Virus record (IMG/VR): IMGVR_UViG_3300031823_000001
Coordinates: 32,001-96,000 of that record
From: a virus
Reading direction: 5' to 3' (one strand)
DNA length: 64,000 nucleotides
The position numbers and the translations under genes are program-made. Below, piece by piece: positions 18,805 to 28,669 of the stretch; the stretch's first letter is position 1, and every line of letters begins with the position of its first letter. The notes under the pieces are model-generated. The model saw nothing but the letters and a program-made list of their open reading frames with translations, searched no databases and was not told the DNA's origin.

Positions 18805-19044
18805 ATGATTACTCCAAGTAGTGAAAATAGCGAATGGTTCAAGTCCACGGACAGCTTCGCGAACGGCAACTGCGTCGAGGCGATGCGCTCAGGCGACACC
18901 GTGCTGGTCCGGAACAGCAGGAACCCGCTCGGCGCCGTCCTCAGCTTCACCCTCGCGGAGTGGGAAGCGTTTATCGGCGGGGCGAAGCTCGGCGAGTTCG
19001 ACCTGGACGAGGACGGAAAACTCGCCCGGTCAGACCCCCAGTGA
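18805..19044 (+). CDS. DUF397 family protein
   Basis: WFKS..S...NCVE....V.VRNS.NP...L.F...EW.AF motif. Confidence 0.85.
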   Translation: MITPSSENSEWFKSTDSFANGNCVEAMRSGDTVLVRNSRNPLGAVLSFTLAEWEAFIGGAKLGEFDLDEDGKLARSDPQ

Positions 19045-21129
19045 CTCCGACGGCTGCTGGAACCCGTAAGCCGCCGGCGGCGGCTCCTCCTCCGGGATCA
19101 GCGGCCCGTTCACCTGCTCGATGAAGGCGTAGTCGGCCGGGACGCGGGTGTAGGTGCCGAGCACGGAGGCCAGCTCCCGGTGCGGCGGCGGGATGACGTA
19201 CGCCACCGACGCCTTCGGGTCCTCCAGCGCCGCGCTCGCCAGGTTGTAGGAGATCCCCGCCGACGCCTGCCACGGCGACGCGAACCCGGTGCGCAGCGTC
19301 GTCCGGTCCGGCACCGCGAGCTGGTAGCGGCGCCCGTCGGACCGGAAGAAGTAGTCCAGCGTGTTCACCCGGAAGTCCGGCGTGGACTGCACCGTCACCT
19401 GCCCGGTGTTCACCGTGCCCTTCGCGGTGCGCTGCTGGTTCTGGTCGGTGTCGGTCAAGATCGCGGGCCGCACGAGCAGCGCCCGCAGTCCCGGCACCTG
19501 CGCCGGGCGGGCCGCGATCACCTGGGTGCCGTAGCACAGGGTGCAGCGGAACTGGTTGCCCTGCCCGTAGGCGGCGCTGATCTGCGCTTCGGTGGCCGCC
19601 GTCGGCCAGCCGAGCGGCAGCGCCGTCTCCGGGGCGATGTCGCTGACCGTCTTCGCCGGGGTGTAGCAGCGGGTGCACCGCTGCGCCAGGCCAGCGCCGA
19701 TGTCCAGGGGCCGCCACATCAGGGCGAACATCACCAGCTCCCCGTACTGCCACAGCGCCTGGGCGTGACGCTGCCGCTCCTGGACGACCGTCCAGCGCTG
19801 CGCGTCCCGCTGCCAGGTGGGCTGCTGGCCCTTCGGCCGGACCGGGAACGGCAGCTTCGGCTTCGTATCCGCCGCCGCGCACAGCGACGGGGAGCACGCG
19901 AACGCTGCGGCCCCGTGGACGATCCCGGCGGGGACCGGCGTGAAGACGCCCGGCGCCCGGAAGGCCGCCTTCGGGAACGCGGTCCCGTGCGCGGTCCCGG
20001 CGAGCTTCGCCCCGGCGGACAGCGTTCCGTGCCCGGCGCGGCTGAGCACCGCCGTCCCGGCCAGCGCCGGGGCGGCATACAGCCGGGCCCCGGGCAGGTC
20101 CTGGCCGGCGGCGTGCACCTGGGCCTGGGCGGCGAGCTGCGCGCGGGTGACGGCGGTGCGCAGCGCGTGCGCCGACAGGGCGGCGGCTGACGCGAGAGAG
20201 GCCGCCCCGAAGGTCTTCCGGACCCCGGCCGCCCGCAGCGCGGCGGCAGCCTCCAGCGCCGCAGCACCCAGCTCGGTCTTGTGGGCCGCCCCTGCGGCGG
20301 TAAGGGTGCCGGCGGCGCTCAGGTGCCCCCTGGCGGTCCGGGAGAGCACAGCCGGGCCCGACAGCGCTGCCGAGCCGTGCATGGCAGCAGCGGCGTGCTC
20401 CGTGGCCTTCGCGGCGGCACTGACGGAACCCGGCGCGTGCAGCCCCGCCGAGGCGTTCGCTGTGTGCTTCCCGGTGACCGTCAGCACCGGAGCGGCAGCC
20501 AGGTGAGCGGCCGACGCCGACGTCGCGGCGGTCAGGTGCCCGGCGGCCGACAGGACTGCCGACTCGGTGACGTGCAGCAGCGCCGAAACGGCCATCGCCG
20601 TCGAAGCGGACAGGCGAGACGAGACGGTGTCGGTGACGTGCGCGGCAGCCGAGAGCTGGGTCCCGGCGTACAGCGCCGCCTGGCCCGGCATGAAGTACCG
20701 GCCGGAGACGGTCAGGCTGGTGCCCGCGAGCAGCCGGGCGGCGCCCATCCTCCCCGGGACCGTCAGCACCGGAGCGGCAGCCAGGTGAGCGGCCGACGCC
20801 GACGTCGCGGCGGTCAGCGCGGAGGAAGCGTGCAGCGCGGCGACGGCGTTCTGCTGGATTTTAGCGGTCGCGGCGAGCGCCGGACGGGCGATCATCATCG
20901 GCACGGTGCCGCTGGCTGTCAGCGCCGTGGATGCCGACAGGGCCGCACTGGCGTTCTTGATGACGCGGGCGAGGACCGACAGCGAGGCGCCAGCGGACAG
21001 CGGTGCTTGCAGGGCGACGGCGCCGACAGTCCCCGACCCGGACATCTGCACGGACGAGCCGAGGGTCACGGCGGTGCCCAGCGTCCCGCTTCCCGTCAGG
21101 GGCGCCGCTCCGTTGTGAGTGACGGGCAC
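19030..21129 (-). CDS. virion protein: long Ala-rich repeat region fused to a head-completion-like C-terminal domain
   Basis: 699 aa; N-terminal about 400 aa of A/L/T repeats; C-terminal domain with CxxC pairs. Confidence 0.65.
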   Translation of the reverse strand: MPVTHNGAAPLTGSGTLGTAVTLGSSVQMSGSGTVGAVALQAPLSAGASLSVLARVIKNASAALSASTALTASGTVPMMIARPALAATAKIQQNAVAALHASSALTAATSASAAHLAAAPVLTVPGRMGAARLLAGTSLTVSGRYFMPGQAALYAGTQLSAAAHVTDTVSSRLSASTAMAVSALLHVTESAVLSAAGHLTAATSASAAHLAAAPVLTVTGKHTANASAGLHAPGSVSAAAKATEHAAAAMHGSAALSGPAVLSRTARGHLSAAGTLTAAGAAHKTELGAAALEAAAALRAAGVRKTFGAASLASAAALSAHALRTAVTRAQLAAQAQVHAAGQDLPGARLYAAPALAGTAVLSRAGHGTLSAGAKLAGTAHGTAFPKAAFRAPGVFTPVPAGIVHGAAAFACSPSLCAAADTKPKLPFPVRPKGQQPTWQRDAQRWTVVQERQRHAQALWQYGELVMFALMWRPLDIGAGLAQRCTRCYTPAKTVSDIAPETALPLGWPTAATEAQISAAYGQGNQFRCTLCYGTQVIAARPAQVPGLRALLVRPAILTDTDQNQQRTAKGTVNTGQVTVQSTPDFRVNTLDYFFRSDGRRYQLAVPDRTTLRTGFASPWQASAGISYNLASAALEDPKASVAYVIPPPHRELASVLGTYTRVPADYAFIEQVNGPLIPEEEPPPAAYGFQQPSESLGV
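20476..20817. repeat. exact 60-nt direct repeat (20476-20535 and 20758-20817) within the Ala-rich gene
   Basis: both copies encode LTAATSASAAHLAAAPVLTV. Confidence 0.9.
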
Positions 21130-21132
21130 GGG

Positions 21133-21390
21133 CTACTCCCGCCTCTCTGCGGGGTGCTTTTCCCCGGTCACGTGGCGGTACAGGTCGGCGGCGATCTTCC
21201 GCGCCGCCTCGGCGTCCGCCTGGGCTTTCCGGGCGGCTTCGCTGTTCTCCCGGCGCAGCCAGGCGAGGAAGCGCCGGATCGGCTTCTGGAAGACGAGGGT
21301 GGCTACTACGGTGATGACGAACTCGGCGGGCATCGCGCCGATGTTGGACCCCGCCCAGCGCCAGTACGCATCCCACCACTGCGGCAGCAC
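21133..21390 (-). CDS. small membrane protein
   Basis: SD GAGGGAGG; TM helix; CCCCGGAAG motif upstream. Confidence 0.65.
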   Translation of the reverse strand: MLPQWWDAYWRWAGSNIGAMPAEFVITVVATLVFQKPIRRFLAWLRRENSEAARKAQADAEAARKIAADLYRHVTGEKHPAERRE

Positions 21391-21550
21391 GGCAGCCCTC
21401 CCTCGGTCTCATGTCTTCCGGGGAAAGCCGGAGCCCGCCTGCTCGGTGTAGCGAGGGGTGGCAGGCGGGCTCCGCGAGGGCCGTAAGGCGGGGAAGACCC
21501 TCGTCCGGCGAGGGGACGGGGACTCCGCGCTCGCCAGGTGCCAGGCTATA

Positions 21551-21787
21551 TCAGGCGCCCGGAGAAAGGGCGTTACTTGTCGTAACGTTGTCGAGGCTGG
21601 AAGTAATGGCGGTATTGCACCAGGTGATGCCGTTCCACCACCACGGCTGCGGGGCGGCGCCCGGCATGAGGTACTGGGGACCTACCTGAACGGCGGCATG
21701 GCTGACGATGATCCGCTCCAGGGACGCTAGCTGCTCGCGCAGCAGCCGCACCTCGGTCTCAAGCTCCGCCTCGCGCTTAGCAGTCAT
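21551..21787 (-). CDS. hypothetical protein
   Basis: ATGA coupling. Confidence 0.55.
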   Translation of the reverse strand: MTAKREAELETEVRLLREQLASLERIIVSHAAVQVGPQYLMPGAAPQPWWWNGITWCNTAITSSLDNVTTSNALSPGA

Positions 21788-22008
21788 GCACCTTCCGGGG
21801 CGAAGACCTCGGACAGGGCCTCAGCGGAGATGGTGAAGTGCGAGGTTGTCACCACGCTCGGCCCGGCCAGGGTCGATGACCCGTGTACCGTCCCGGGCTG
21901 CCGTCCCGCCCGGCAGGTATCGCACAGCAGGTCCTCCTGGGTGATCGGCGCCGGGCACGGGCGATCGGGGACAGCTTCGCACTGGCAGGCGGCAGGCACC
22001 GGAGTCAT
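21784..22008 (-). CDS. small Zn-finger protein (CQC...C.AP.TQED.LCD.CR)
   Basis: paralogous motif shared with 22367-22582. Confidence 0.65.
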   Translation of the reverse strand: MTPVPAACQCEAVPDRPCPAPITQEDLLCDTCRAGRQPGTVHGSSTLAGPSVVTTSHFTISAEALSEVFAPEGA

Positions 22009-22358
22009 CCCGGAGGGTCCGCGCGCTTGAAGACCAGGCTCCCTTGCTCGGTGAGGGTAAGGCGCCACCGGCCTGCGGCCATGCTCCTCTCGGACTCCTG
22101 GACCGCCGTCATCTTCCGGCCCATCTCGCAGGCGAACAGGTCGCCGCCAAGCCGCTCGCGCAGCGGGTGCTTCAGCGTCCACCCGTCGTCGGTGATCTCG
22201 GCGACGTGCTCAGTCTCCTGGTCGGAGAGGATGTGAGTGACGGCCCCGGGATTCGGGCACTCCGGGTCTAGGCATTTGATCATCCCGCCGGACATCACGT
22301 GCAGGTGCGGGCCGCAGCCCATCGGGCAGTAGCCGACGACATCGCGGATCGGTGGCAT
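22005..22358 (-). CDS. hypothetical protein with CPMGCG / C...C Zn ribbon
   Basis: ATG start; coupled stop. Confidence 0.65.
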   Translation of the reverse strand: MPPIRDVVGYCPMGCGPHLHVMSGGMIKCLDPECPNPGAVTHILSDQETEHVAEITDDGWTLKHPLRERLGGDLFACEMGRKMTAVQESERSMAAGRWRLTLTEQGSLVFKRADPPG

Positions 22359-22366
22359 GACGGTAA

Positions 22367-22582
22367 TTATCCGCCATTCCCTCGCGAGGGGAGGAGCAAC
22401 GAGTTGACCGCCCCGAAGTGGTAAGAGCCTGACTCTGGCAACGTGACGGCGAGACAGCAGGCCCAGGGCGCGTGTGCGACTTCCCGGCAGATGTCGCATA
22501 GGAAGTCCTCCTGGGTAGCTGGCGCACCGCACGCGGCTGCCAGGTTCTTCTGGCACTGGCAGGTGACCAGGGCGTGGCTCAC
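22367..22582 (-). CDS. small Zn-finger protein, paralogue of 21784-22008
   Basis: CQC...CGAPATQEDFLCDICR. Confidence 0.65.
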   Translation of the reverse strand: MSHALVTCQCQKNLAAACGAPATQEDFLCDICREVAHAPWACCLAVTLPESGSYHFGAVNSLLLPSRGNGG

Positions 22583-22779
22583 CAGAACTCACCCGCTAGC
22601 AGCCGCGCGATCGTCTCGCGGGTCAGTTCCCCGGACTCGCGGTAGATGCGGTCGAGTTCCTTCCGCTGGGACGGCAGCATCGTCGGCAGCGGGAGGATGA
22701 TCGACTCCAGGGTGTAGAGGCTGGCTATGTCGTCGGCCCAGTCGTCCGGGTCGCTTAGTACGGGATCGGCGGCTGCCAC
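22579..22779 (-). CDS. hypothetical protein
   Basis: GTG start; GTGA coupling. Confidence 0.55.
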   Translation of the reverse strand: MAAADPVLSDPDDWADDIASLYTLESIILPLPTMLPSQRKELDRIYRESGELTRETIARLLAGEFW

Positions 22780-23294
22780 GGAGTCCCCTTGTGATCGTGG
22801 GTCTTGAGCTTGCAGTCGATCGTCTTGCAGCTCCGGGTCCGATCACAGATACGGCAGACTCGCTGGCCGTTCTTCGCGATCCGGGTGGTGCTCCGGGTGA
22901 ACTTGTGGCCCCACCGGCAATTGGTCTTCGATCCGTTGTGATGGCGGCCGTGCCTGACAGTGTCCCTCTTGTTCGCGGAGTAAGTCTTCCAGAAGAGGTT
23001 CTCCAGGCGGCAGTTCTCCTTGTTGCCGTCGTCGTGCGCTCCCTCGCAGCCGCGAGGGCACTTGCCGCGAAAGGCAGTCAGCACCAGTACGTGGACCCGG
23101 TGGTGGGTGTGCTTTCCCTCCTTGGAGAGGGTGACCATCAGATAGCCGTTGGGGTCCCGGCGCGGGCGGATGATGCGCCCTCTGGTGGTGGCACGGGGAA
23201 GACTGTGCACGCGTCCGTCGTCGGACACCAGGTAGAGCCCTTCGAAGTCCGGAACCGGAGCCCACTTGCCCTCAGGTAGCTGAAGATCAGTCAT
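22755..23294 (-). CDS. NUMOD4-HNH homing endonuclease
   Basis: W.PVPDFEGLY.VSD.GRV (NUMOD4); VH.LVL.AF.G...H.DGNKEN..LENL.W.T...N; C-terminal C..GH...C..C. Confidence 0.9.
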   Translation of the reverse strand: MTDLQLPEGKWAPVPDFEGLYLVSDDGRVHSLPRATTRGRIIRPRRDPNGYLMVTLSKEGKHTHHRVHVLVLTAFRGKCPRGCEGAHDDGNKENCRLENLFWKTYSANKRDTVRHGRHHNGSKTNCRWGHKFTRSTTRIAKNGQRVCRICDRTRSCKTIDCKLKTHDHKGTPWQPPIPY

Positions 23295-23336
23295 GCACCA
23301 ATGCTACATCGGATATCCGAAACGGACAAACCAGGA

Positions 23337-24233
23337 TCAATACCATCTCGCCCACATACGAGGCCTGGCAGCCACAGACCCTGCGATCCTGGTAGGGGCG
23401 TATCTGCCATAGCTCCCTCCGGATACGAGAACCTTCGGGCTGCCTGTCATTATATGGCGGATCTTGAATACGTCCAGCAGGCCCTTCAGCTCGGCCATCT
23501 CGTCGCCGAGAGCCGCCCGCCAGCGGTCGGCGTAGTCCCGGCGGTCCATCCGGGCGACCGGCGGTCCTGAGAACGCCGGCTGCTCGGTGTAGGAGCGGAT
23601 GAGCTGCTTGACGCACTCCACGTAGGCGTAGGAGGCCAGGAGGCCGCCCCAGAACTGGATCGGGTACTGCGGGCCGCCGTTGCCGTCCAGGGTGTAACTG
23701 CTCCACGGCTGGGCGACCGCGTTGATCTTCTGGAGGGCGATGCCCATCATCTGCGCCGCCCGGCCCCGCGACCAGTGCGCCTGGAAGTACTCCTGGGCGT
23801 TCGGTCCGCCCCCGGCCGAGTCGAAGAGGTCGGAAAACCGCACCCACACCTGGTCGTTGAGGAAATCCTGCATCTCCGGCGGCAGCACGTCGTAGGACGG
23901 GTTGGCCGGGCCGATCTCCAGGTAGGAGGCGTACTGCTGCCCGGCGCCGGAAACGGCGTAAGCCCAGTCCAGCTCCGCGTACCCCGGCGTCTGGGTGTCG
24001 GCACTGGACGGGGTGATCACGTAGGTGCCCGTCGCCTCGTGCGCCGCCGTGTACGTGTTGACCAGGGCCTCGCTGCCGTCCGGGTTCTGCATCAGCAGCC
24101 GCCCGGTCACCGAGGAGCCGTCCGGATCGGCGAGAACCCCGCCGATGTAAATCGCGAAGGTGAGCGGCGGCTGGGCGAACTGGGACAGGTAAGTGCGCTC
24201 CCGCCAGTCGATCAGCCCCGGGTCCACGGTCAC
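23337..24233 (-). CDS. head-to-tail adaptor (neck) protein
   Basis: 298 aa; DLFDS..GGP, RMDRRDY..RW motifs; synteny. Confidence 0.65.
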   Translation of the reverse strand: MTVDPGLIDWRERTYLSQFAQPPLTFAIYIGGVLADPDGSSVTGRLLMQNPDGSEALVNTYTAAHEATGTYVITPSSADTQTPGYAELDWAYAVSGAGQQYASYLEIGPANPSYDVLPPEMQDFLNDQVWVRFSDLFDSAGGGPNAQEYFQAHWSRGRAAQMMGIALQKINAVAQPWSSYTLDGNGGPQYPIQFWGGLLASYAYVECVKQLIRSYTEQPAFSGPPVARMDRRDYADRWRAALGDEMAELKGLLDVFKIRHIMTGSPKVLVSGGSYGRYAPTRIAGSVAARPRMWARWY

Positions 24234-24243
24234 GGCAGGCTCC

Positions 24244-24906
24244 CTAAAGGACGTTGCCGGAGGCGAAAGTGGAGATCAGCGCGATGATCTTCACTCCCTG
24301 GAGGTTGACTGTGCTGAAGTAGATGTGGCTGAGCTGCGTCTTGATCCCGATCTGGTGCTGGCCGGCCGCCACCGACGGGATCATCGCCAGGGAGGTGGCG
24401 CTGGACGCCACCGTGCCGCCGGAGTTGTACGGGTCGCCCGCGCACCGCACCTGCTCGGAGAAACCGCCCATGTTCGAGGGGGTGCCGTCGAACGTGACGG
24501 TCTGCGTCACCACCTGCCAGGCGTCCGACCCGTAGGTGTAGTTGGCGGTCGCGATGATCGCCAGGGCGCTGGGCCGGGGCGTAGTGAAGGTGAGCAGCCC
24601 GAAGCTGCTCGTCGAGCCCGGGTTCAGCCCCGCGTTCAGGTTGAAACCGCCTGCGAACACCGGGGCCGCGTCCCGCAGGTCCGTCCACCCGGTCGAGTTG
24701 TTCCAGTAGGAGAGCTGCTTCAGGTCGCTCATGAAGATGAGGCGGCCGTTCTGATTCGCTCCCCAGCTAGGGCGGGTGGTGGACGTGCAGATGTAGGTCC
24801 CCGGCGAGGCATCCAGGATCTCGTAGTTCGCGGTGAAGTCCGAGAGCTGGAACTGGTCGGACTCGTCGTTGAGCTTCAGCCCCAGGACCGTGCTGTAAGT
24901 GGCGAT
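24244..24906 (-). CDS. minor virion protein, probable ATC start (MATYSTVLGLKLND...)
   Basis: GGAGG-5nt-ATC right after upstream stop; 58 extra in-frame codons before first ATG. Confidence 0.65.
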   Translation of the reverse strand: MATYSTVLGLKLNDESDQFQLSDFTANYEILDASPGTYICTSTTRPSWGANQNGRLIFMSDLKQLSYWNNSTGWTDLRDAAPVFAGGFNLNAGLNPGSTSSFGLLTFTTPRPSALAIIATANYTYGSDAWQVVTQTVTFDGTPSNMGGFSEQVRCAGDPYNSGGTVASSATSLAMIPSVAAGQHQIGIKTQLSHIYFSTVNLQGVKIIALISTFASGNVL

Positions 24907-24907
24907 G

Positions 24908-27250
24908 TCAGCCTCCCAGGCCAGTGCCGCTCTTGATGGCCCCGCTGGGGAGGTAGATCGGGTTGACCGTGTTGGCCGGGTCGAGCGCCCCGGTGCCGAC
25001 GTTGATCGAGCCCTCGCTGCCCGGCTGGGCCTCGGCGTAGTTCAGCGGCACCACGTAGGACGACCAGGCGGAGAACGCGCCGAGGCCGAGCTGGTTCCCG
25101 GCCGCCACCCGGAAGGCGTACCCCTGGTTGTAAGGGGTGGTCCCGTCCGGGTGGTAGATCACCGGGGTGTTCTGGATCAGGCCCTGGGTGAAGACCGCCG
25201 ACACCGAGCTGGGGTCCGCCCCGTACCAGTAGTCCACCGTGATCGCGTCGCCCGCCTGGGCGTTCACCGATCCTTCGGCCAGCGCGACCGAGTAGGAGGT
25301 CCACGGGCCGGCGCCGGTCACCGTGACGGTGTAGTCGTAGCCGTACTCCAGCACCTGGCCGTCCGCCTGGAGCGGGTCTGCCTCGCCGCCCGCGATCTCC
25401 CCGGAGGTGAGGATCGACTCGGCCGAGGAGGTGACGTCCCGGACAATGAGCTGGGTCGGCGGGGTGAGGATGCCCGTCTTGGTCAGGTTCGTACCGGAGG
25501 TGTCCGCCGTCGGGGCCAGTGCACCGGAACTGGTCGGCGGCGCGGTCAGCGTCAGGCTCGTGCCGATCGCCGTCGGCGACCCGGCCGTCTGCTGGCGGGT
25601 GAAGGTGCTGCCGCCCGCCTGGGTGACGTAGGCGTACCAGCCGGTGGCGCTGGTCTTCGCCGGCGGAGACGGGACGGTGATCGTCGAGGTGGACCCCGTG
25701 GTGGTCACCGTGCCCATCGCCGAGGCGACGCTCTCGCCGTTGGCGTTGACGTAGGTGACCTTCACCCCGTAGGTGCCGGCGAGGACCGTGCCGGTGGTCG
25801 CCGCCGTGGTCGGAGCAGGGGTCGAGGGCGCGCCCAGTGCTGCGGCCAGCAGCACGAGGGTGTCGGACTGGAAGGTCGGCTGCCCGGCGGTGCCGCCGCC
25901 GGCCGGGGCGTCCTGCCCGTAGTTCACCGGCTGGCCGGTGTAGGGGACGTACATCGTGCCGAGGGTGGTGGACTGGAGCAGGTAGTACTGGACGTAGACC
26001 GTCCCCGAGGGAGCCGCCCAGGTGATCTTCGCACCCCGGTTGACGGCCGTGACCTGGGAGATGCTCGGCGTGCCCGGCACCGACACGGGCGGGTTGGAGT
26101 CCCAGTAGGTGGCGTCCCCGTAGCTGTAGCTGACGGCGACGTTGTTCCCGGCGGTGAAGTTCGTGCCGGCGGTGAACTCGATGTACGCCGCCGTGGTGGG
26201 GCCGGCGCCTGCCGTGGTGACGGTGTAGTCGGTGGCCGCCACCAGCGGGGTCGAGGTGGAGGTGTCCTCCACCGTGACCGAGGACGGCACCACGCCGGCC
26301 TGGCTGAAGTAGTAGGGGGTGGAGACCGCCGCCGCGCTGAACGTGTCGGTCTGCGACGCCAGCGCCGTCGGGGCGGCGGGCGAGCCGATGTAGCTGGTGT
26401 CGATCTGGGTGGCCGCGTACGAGGCATCGACCAGCACCGGGGTGTCGTTCACCTGGTTGCCCAGGATGTCGGTCAGGGTCGTGTCTTTGCTGGACGCGGC
26501 GACCCCGGCCGACGGGGAACGGTACCCGGGCGGGCTGGAGTACATCGACGGCACGAGGTCGGAGCCGCCCGAGACGGTGGTGTCCAGGGTACCGGACAGG
26601 TAGTTGGTGCTCGGGGTGAAGCTCTCCGGGAGGTCGCCGCCGTAGACGCCCTCGGTGTCCGGGGAGCCGGCGCCGGTCCAGCCGAAGGTGCCGGGCTCGG
26701 TCTCGGCGACCTTGTACTCCGAGCCGGGCGAGCCGGTCTCCGAGCTGGACTGGGTGCCGGCCGCCGGGTCGGTGAGGGAGCCGCCCGCCGCCTGGTCGCC
26801 GATTCCCGCCACGGTCGAGCCGGTGGTGGGATCGACGGACGCCTTGAAAGCGGTTCCCGTCGGGGCCGCGCCGGGCTCGCCTTCGAAGTCGCCCGCGTTG
26901 TAGGACGTGTCCGGGACGGTGCCGTAGCGGTAGGTGACCTGGGCGGTGTCGCCGTTCGCCGAGGCGGAGGACGAGGACATGCGGGTGACGGTCCAGGAGA
27001 CCGTCTCCGGCCGCGTCCCGGTCATCGCCAGGGTGTAGTCGGTCCCTTCCACCAGGGCGGCGGAGGCAGTGACGTCGTACACCGTGATGACGTCGGCTGT
27101 CGGCGCCGCCCCGGCGGTCTCAAGGGCCGGGTAGGAGACGACGTACTGCTTCGACAGGGCGGCCGGGGTCCCGGACTCCAGCGTGATGGTGTCGGTCTGC
27201 TCGGCCACCCCGACCAGGGGCACGCCGTAGAAGTCGGCGGGGGTTGTCAT
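24908..27250 (-). CDS. virion structural protein with Ig/fibronectin type III-like domains
   Basis: 780 aa T/S/G-rich; VTAVNRGAKITWAAP and Y.FRVAAGN..GLG.FS.WS FN3 motifs. Confidence 0.75.
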   Translation of the reverse strand: MTTPADFYGVPLVGVAEQTDTITLESGTPAALSKQYVVSYPALETAGAAPTADVITVYDVTASAALVEGTDYTLAMTGTRPETVSWTVTRMSSSSASANGDTAQVTYRYGTVPDTSYNAGDFEGEPGAAPTGTAFKASVDPTTGSTVAGIGDQAAGGSLTDPAAGTQSSSETGSPGSEYKVAETEPGTFGWTGAGSPDTEGVYGGDLPESFTPSTNYLSGTLDTTVSGGSDLVPSMYSSPPGYRSPSAGVAASSKDTTLTDILGNQVNDTPVLVDASYAATQIDTSYIGSPAAPTALASQTDTFSAAAVSTPYYFSQAGVVPSSVTVEDTSTSTPLVAATDYTVTTAGAGPTTAAYIEFTAGTNFTAGNNVAVSYSYGDATYWDSNPPVSVPGTPSISQVTAVNRGAKITWAAPSGTVYVQYYLLQSTTLGTMYVPYTGQPVNYGQDAPAGGGTAGQPTFQSDTLVLLAAALGAPSTPAPTTAATTGTVLAGTYGVKVTYVNANGESVASAMGTVTTTGSTSTITVPSPPAKTSATGWYAYVTQAGGSTFTRQQTAGSPTAIGTSLTLTAPPTSSGALAPTADTSGTNLTKTGILTPPTQLIVRDVTSSAESILTSGEIAGGEADPLQADGQVLEYGYDYTVTVTGAGPWTSYSVALAEGSVNAQAGDAITVDYWYGADPSSVSAVFTQGLIQNTPVIYHPDGTTPYNQGYAFRVAAGNQLGLGAFSAWSSYVVPLNYAEAQPGSEGSINVGTGALDPANTVNPIYLPSGAIKSGTGLGG

Positions 27251-27672
27251 CCGGCGCTCCGGTCAGTGGTCTCGTCAACGACGGTCATGGGACCGATCCC
27301 CGAGGCGTGGTTCTGCCACGGCGCGGTGTGATCGCGCCAGCGGACCGCCCCGCTCCCCGGGTCAAGCTCCAGTCCTGCCTCTTCCAGGGCCCGGCGGGCG
27401 CGCTCGGCGGCGTCGGTGACCCGCTGCCGGTCGCCGTCCGGGTCCCCCCGGTTGACGGTCAGCCCCGGGCTCGTCTGCACGACGTTCGGGGAGACAGCCT
27501 CGTCGTCCGGGTCCATCGCGCGCAGCGCCCACGCCAGGTCCGAGGCACGGGCGTAGTCGAACGCAGACGTTACCCCGCGCAGGCTGGTGTGGGGCGCGTC
27601 CGGTCCGGCGGTGTCCGAGGTGTCGTACGTCCCGGTCATCGCCGCGTGGTCAGGGTTGCGCCCCCATGCCAT
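27247..27672 (-). CDS. hypothetical virion-associated protein
   Basis: ATG 1 nt after upstream stop; coupled to next gene. Confidence 0.65.
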   Translation of the reverse strand: MAWGRNPDHAAMTGTYDTSDTAGPDAPHTSLRGVTSAFDYARASDLAWALRAMDPDDEAVSPNVVQTSPGLTVNRGDPDGDRQRVTDAAERARRALEEAGLELDPGSGAVRWRDHTAPWQNHASGIGPMTVVDETTDRSAG

Positions 27673-27673
27673 G

Positions 27674-28228
27674 TCAGAACCGCGTTCCGTCGTAGTCGTA
27701 GTCGCCGTCTTCGAGGACCCAGGGGCCGTCACCGCGCTTGAGGCAGTTGCCGGACAGTCCCTTGTGGCGGTCGCACAGCGGCGGCTTGCCGGTGTCGCCC
27801 TGGCGAACCGGAACCTGCTCGCCGCACACCGCACCGGGACGCGAGCCGGGGCCGATGCAGTTGACCACGGTGATCTCGTTGACGCCCGGGGAGTCGAGGA
27901 CCTCCCGGTCAGCCATCTGCTGGGCCTGCACCCGGCGTGCGAAGGCGTCCGACTGGCGGCTCAGGGCCTGCTGCACGACCGGGTGGTCGGCTCCCTCGAC
28001 GACGACGATGACGCCCCGGGAGAGGGCCCTCTGGAACGCGATGGTGCGGATCAGCGCATCGGGGATCGGCTGGACGTCCTCGCCGTCGGGGTGGCCCTTC
28101 CCCTGGAACACGACCTCGTAGTTCCGCTTGGCGTCGGCCGCGATCACCGTCGGCCCGCTCATCTGGTTCTGGCACATGACGGCCAGCGCGTCGCCTGCCC
28201 CTGGCAGTGCGGTGTCCATGATGGTCAT
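27674..28228 (-). CDS. hypothetical virion-associated protein
   Basis: AGGAGG SD; late-type motif upstream. Confidence 0.7.
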   Translation of the reverse strand: MTIMDTALPGAGDALAVMCQNQMSGPTVIAADAKRNYEVVFQGKGHPDGEDVQPIPDALIRTIAFQRALSRGVIVVVEGADHPVVQQALSRQSDAFARRVQAQQMADREVLDSPGVNEITVVNCIGPGSRPGAVCGEQVPVRQGDTGKPPLCDRHKGLSGNCLKRGDGPWVLEDGDYDYDGTRF

Positions 28229-28256
28229 TGGTTTCCTCCTAACCCTTCCGTGGCCG

Positions 28257-28589
28257 CTAGCCGAGGGCCAGCCAGGAGACCGTCGAGGTCTCGCTGCCGG
28301 AGCTGGAGGAGACAGTGAAGCCGCTTCCCGTGGTCACCGTCGGCACCGACAGGTTCCCGAGGGTCCCGCCGGGGGCCAGCCGCGAGACGATGATCACCGT
28401 GGTGTCGCCCAGGGAGGTCAGCGTGACGTTGACGGTGCCGGCTACCAGGGTGGCGGTCCCGGCGGTGATGCCGGGGATGGCACTGAGCTGGTCCTGCTGC
28501 TGCGTCAGGACATCGGAGATCGCGTTGTGGGCGTCGATGTGCCCGGTCTGCCCGGCAGCGACGGTATCCGGCGGGATCGGTGTGGTCAT
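28257..28589 (-). CDS. small fibre/decoration-like protein
   Basis: GGAGGAGG SD; GH..AHNAI motif; beta-rich C-terminus. Confidence 0.65.
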   Translation of the reverse strand: MTTPIPPDTVAAGQTGHIDAHNAISDVLTQQQDQLSAIPGITAGTATLVAGTVNVTLTSLGDTTVIIVSRLAPGGTLGNLSVPTVTTGSGFTVSSSSGSETSTVSWLALG

Positions 28590-28669
28590 GGAGGCCTCCT
28601 CCCCGCTTCCGGGGGAGAACGCCGCGACTCGCCCCCGACACATATCGGAAACAGCCGTACACTCAGCTC

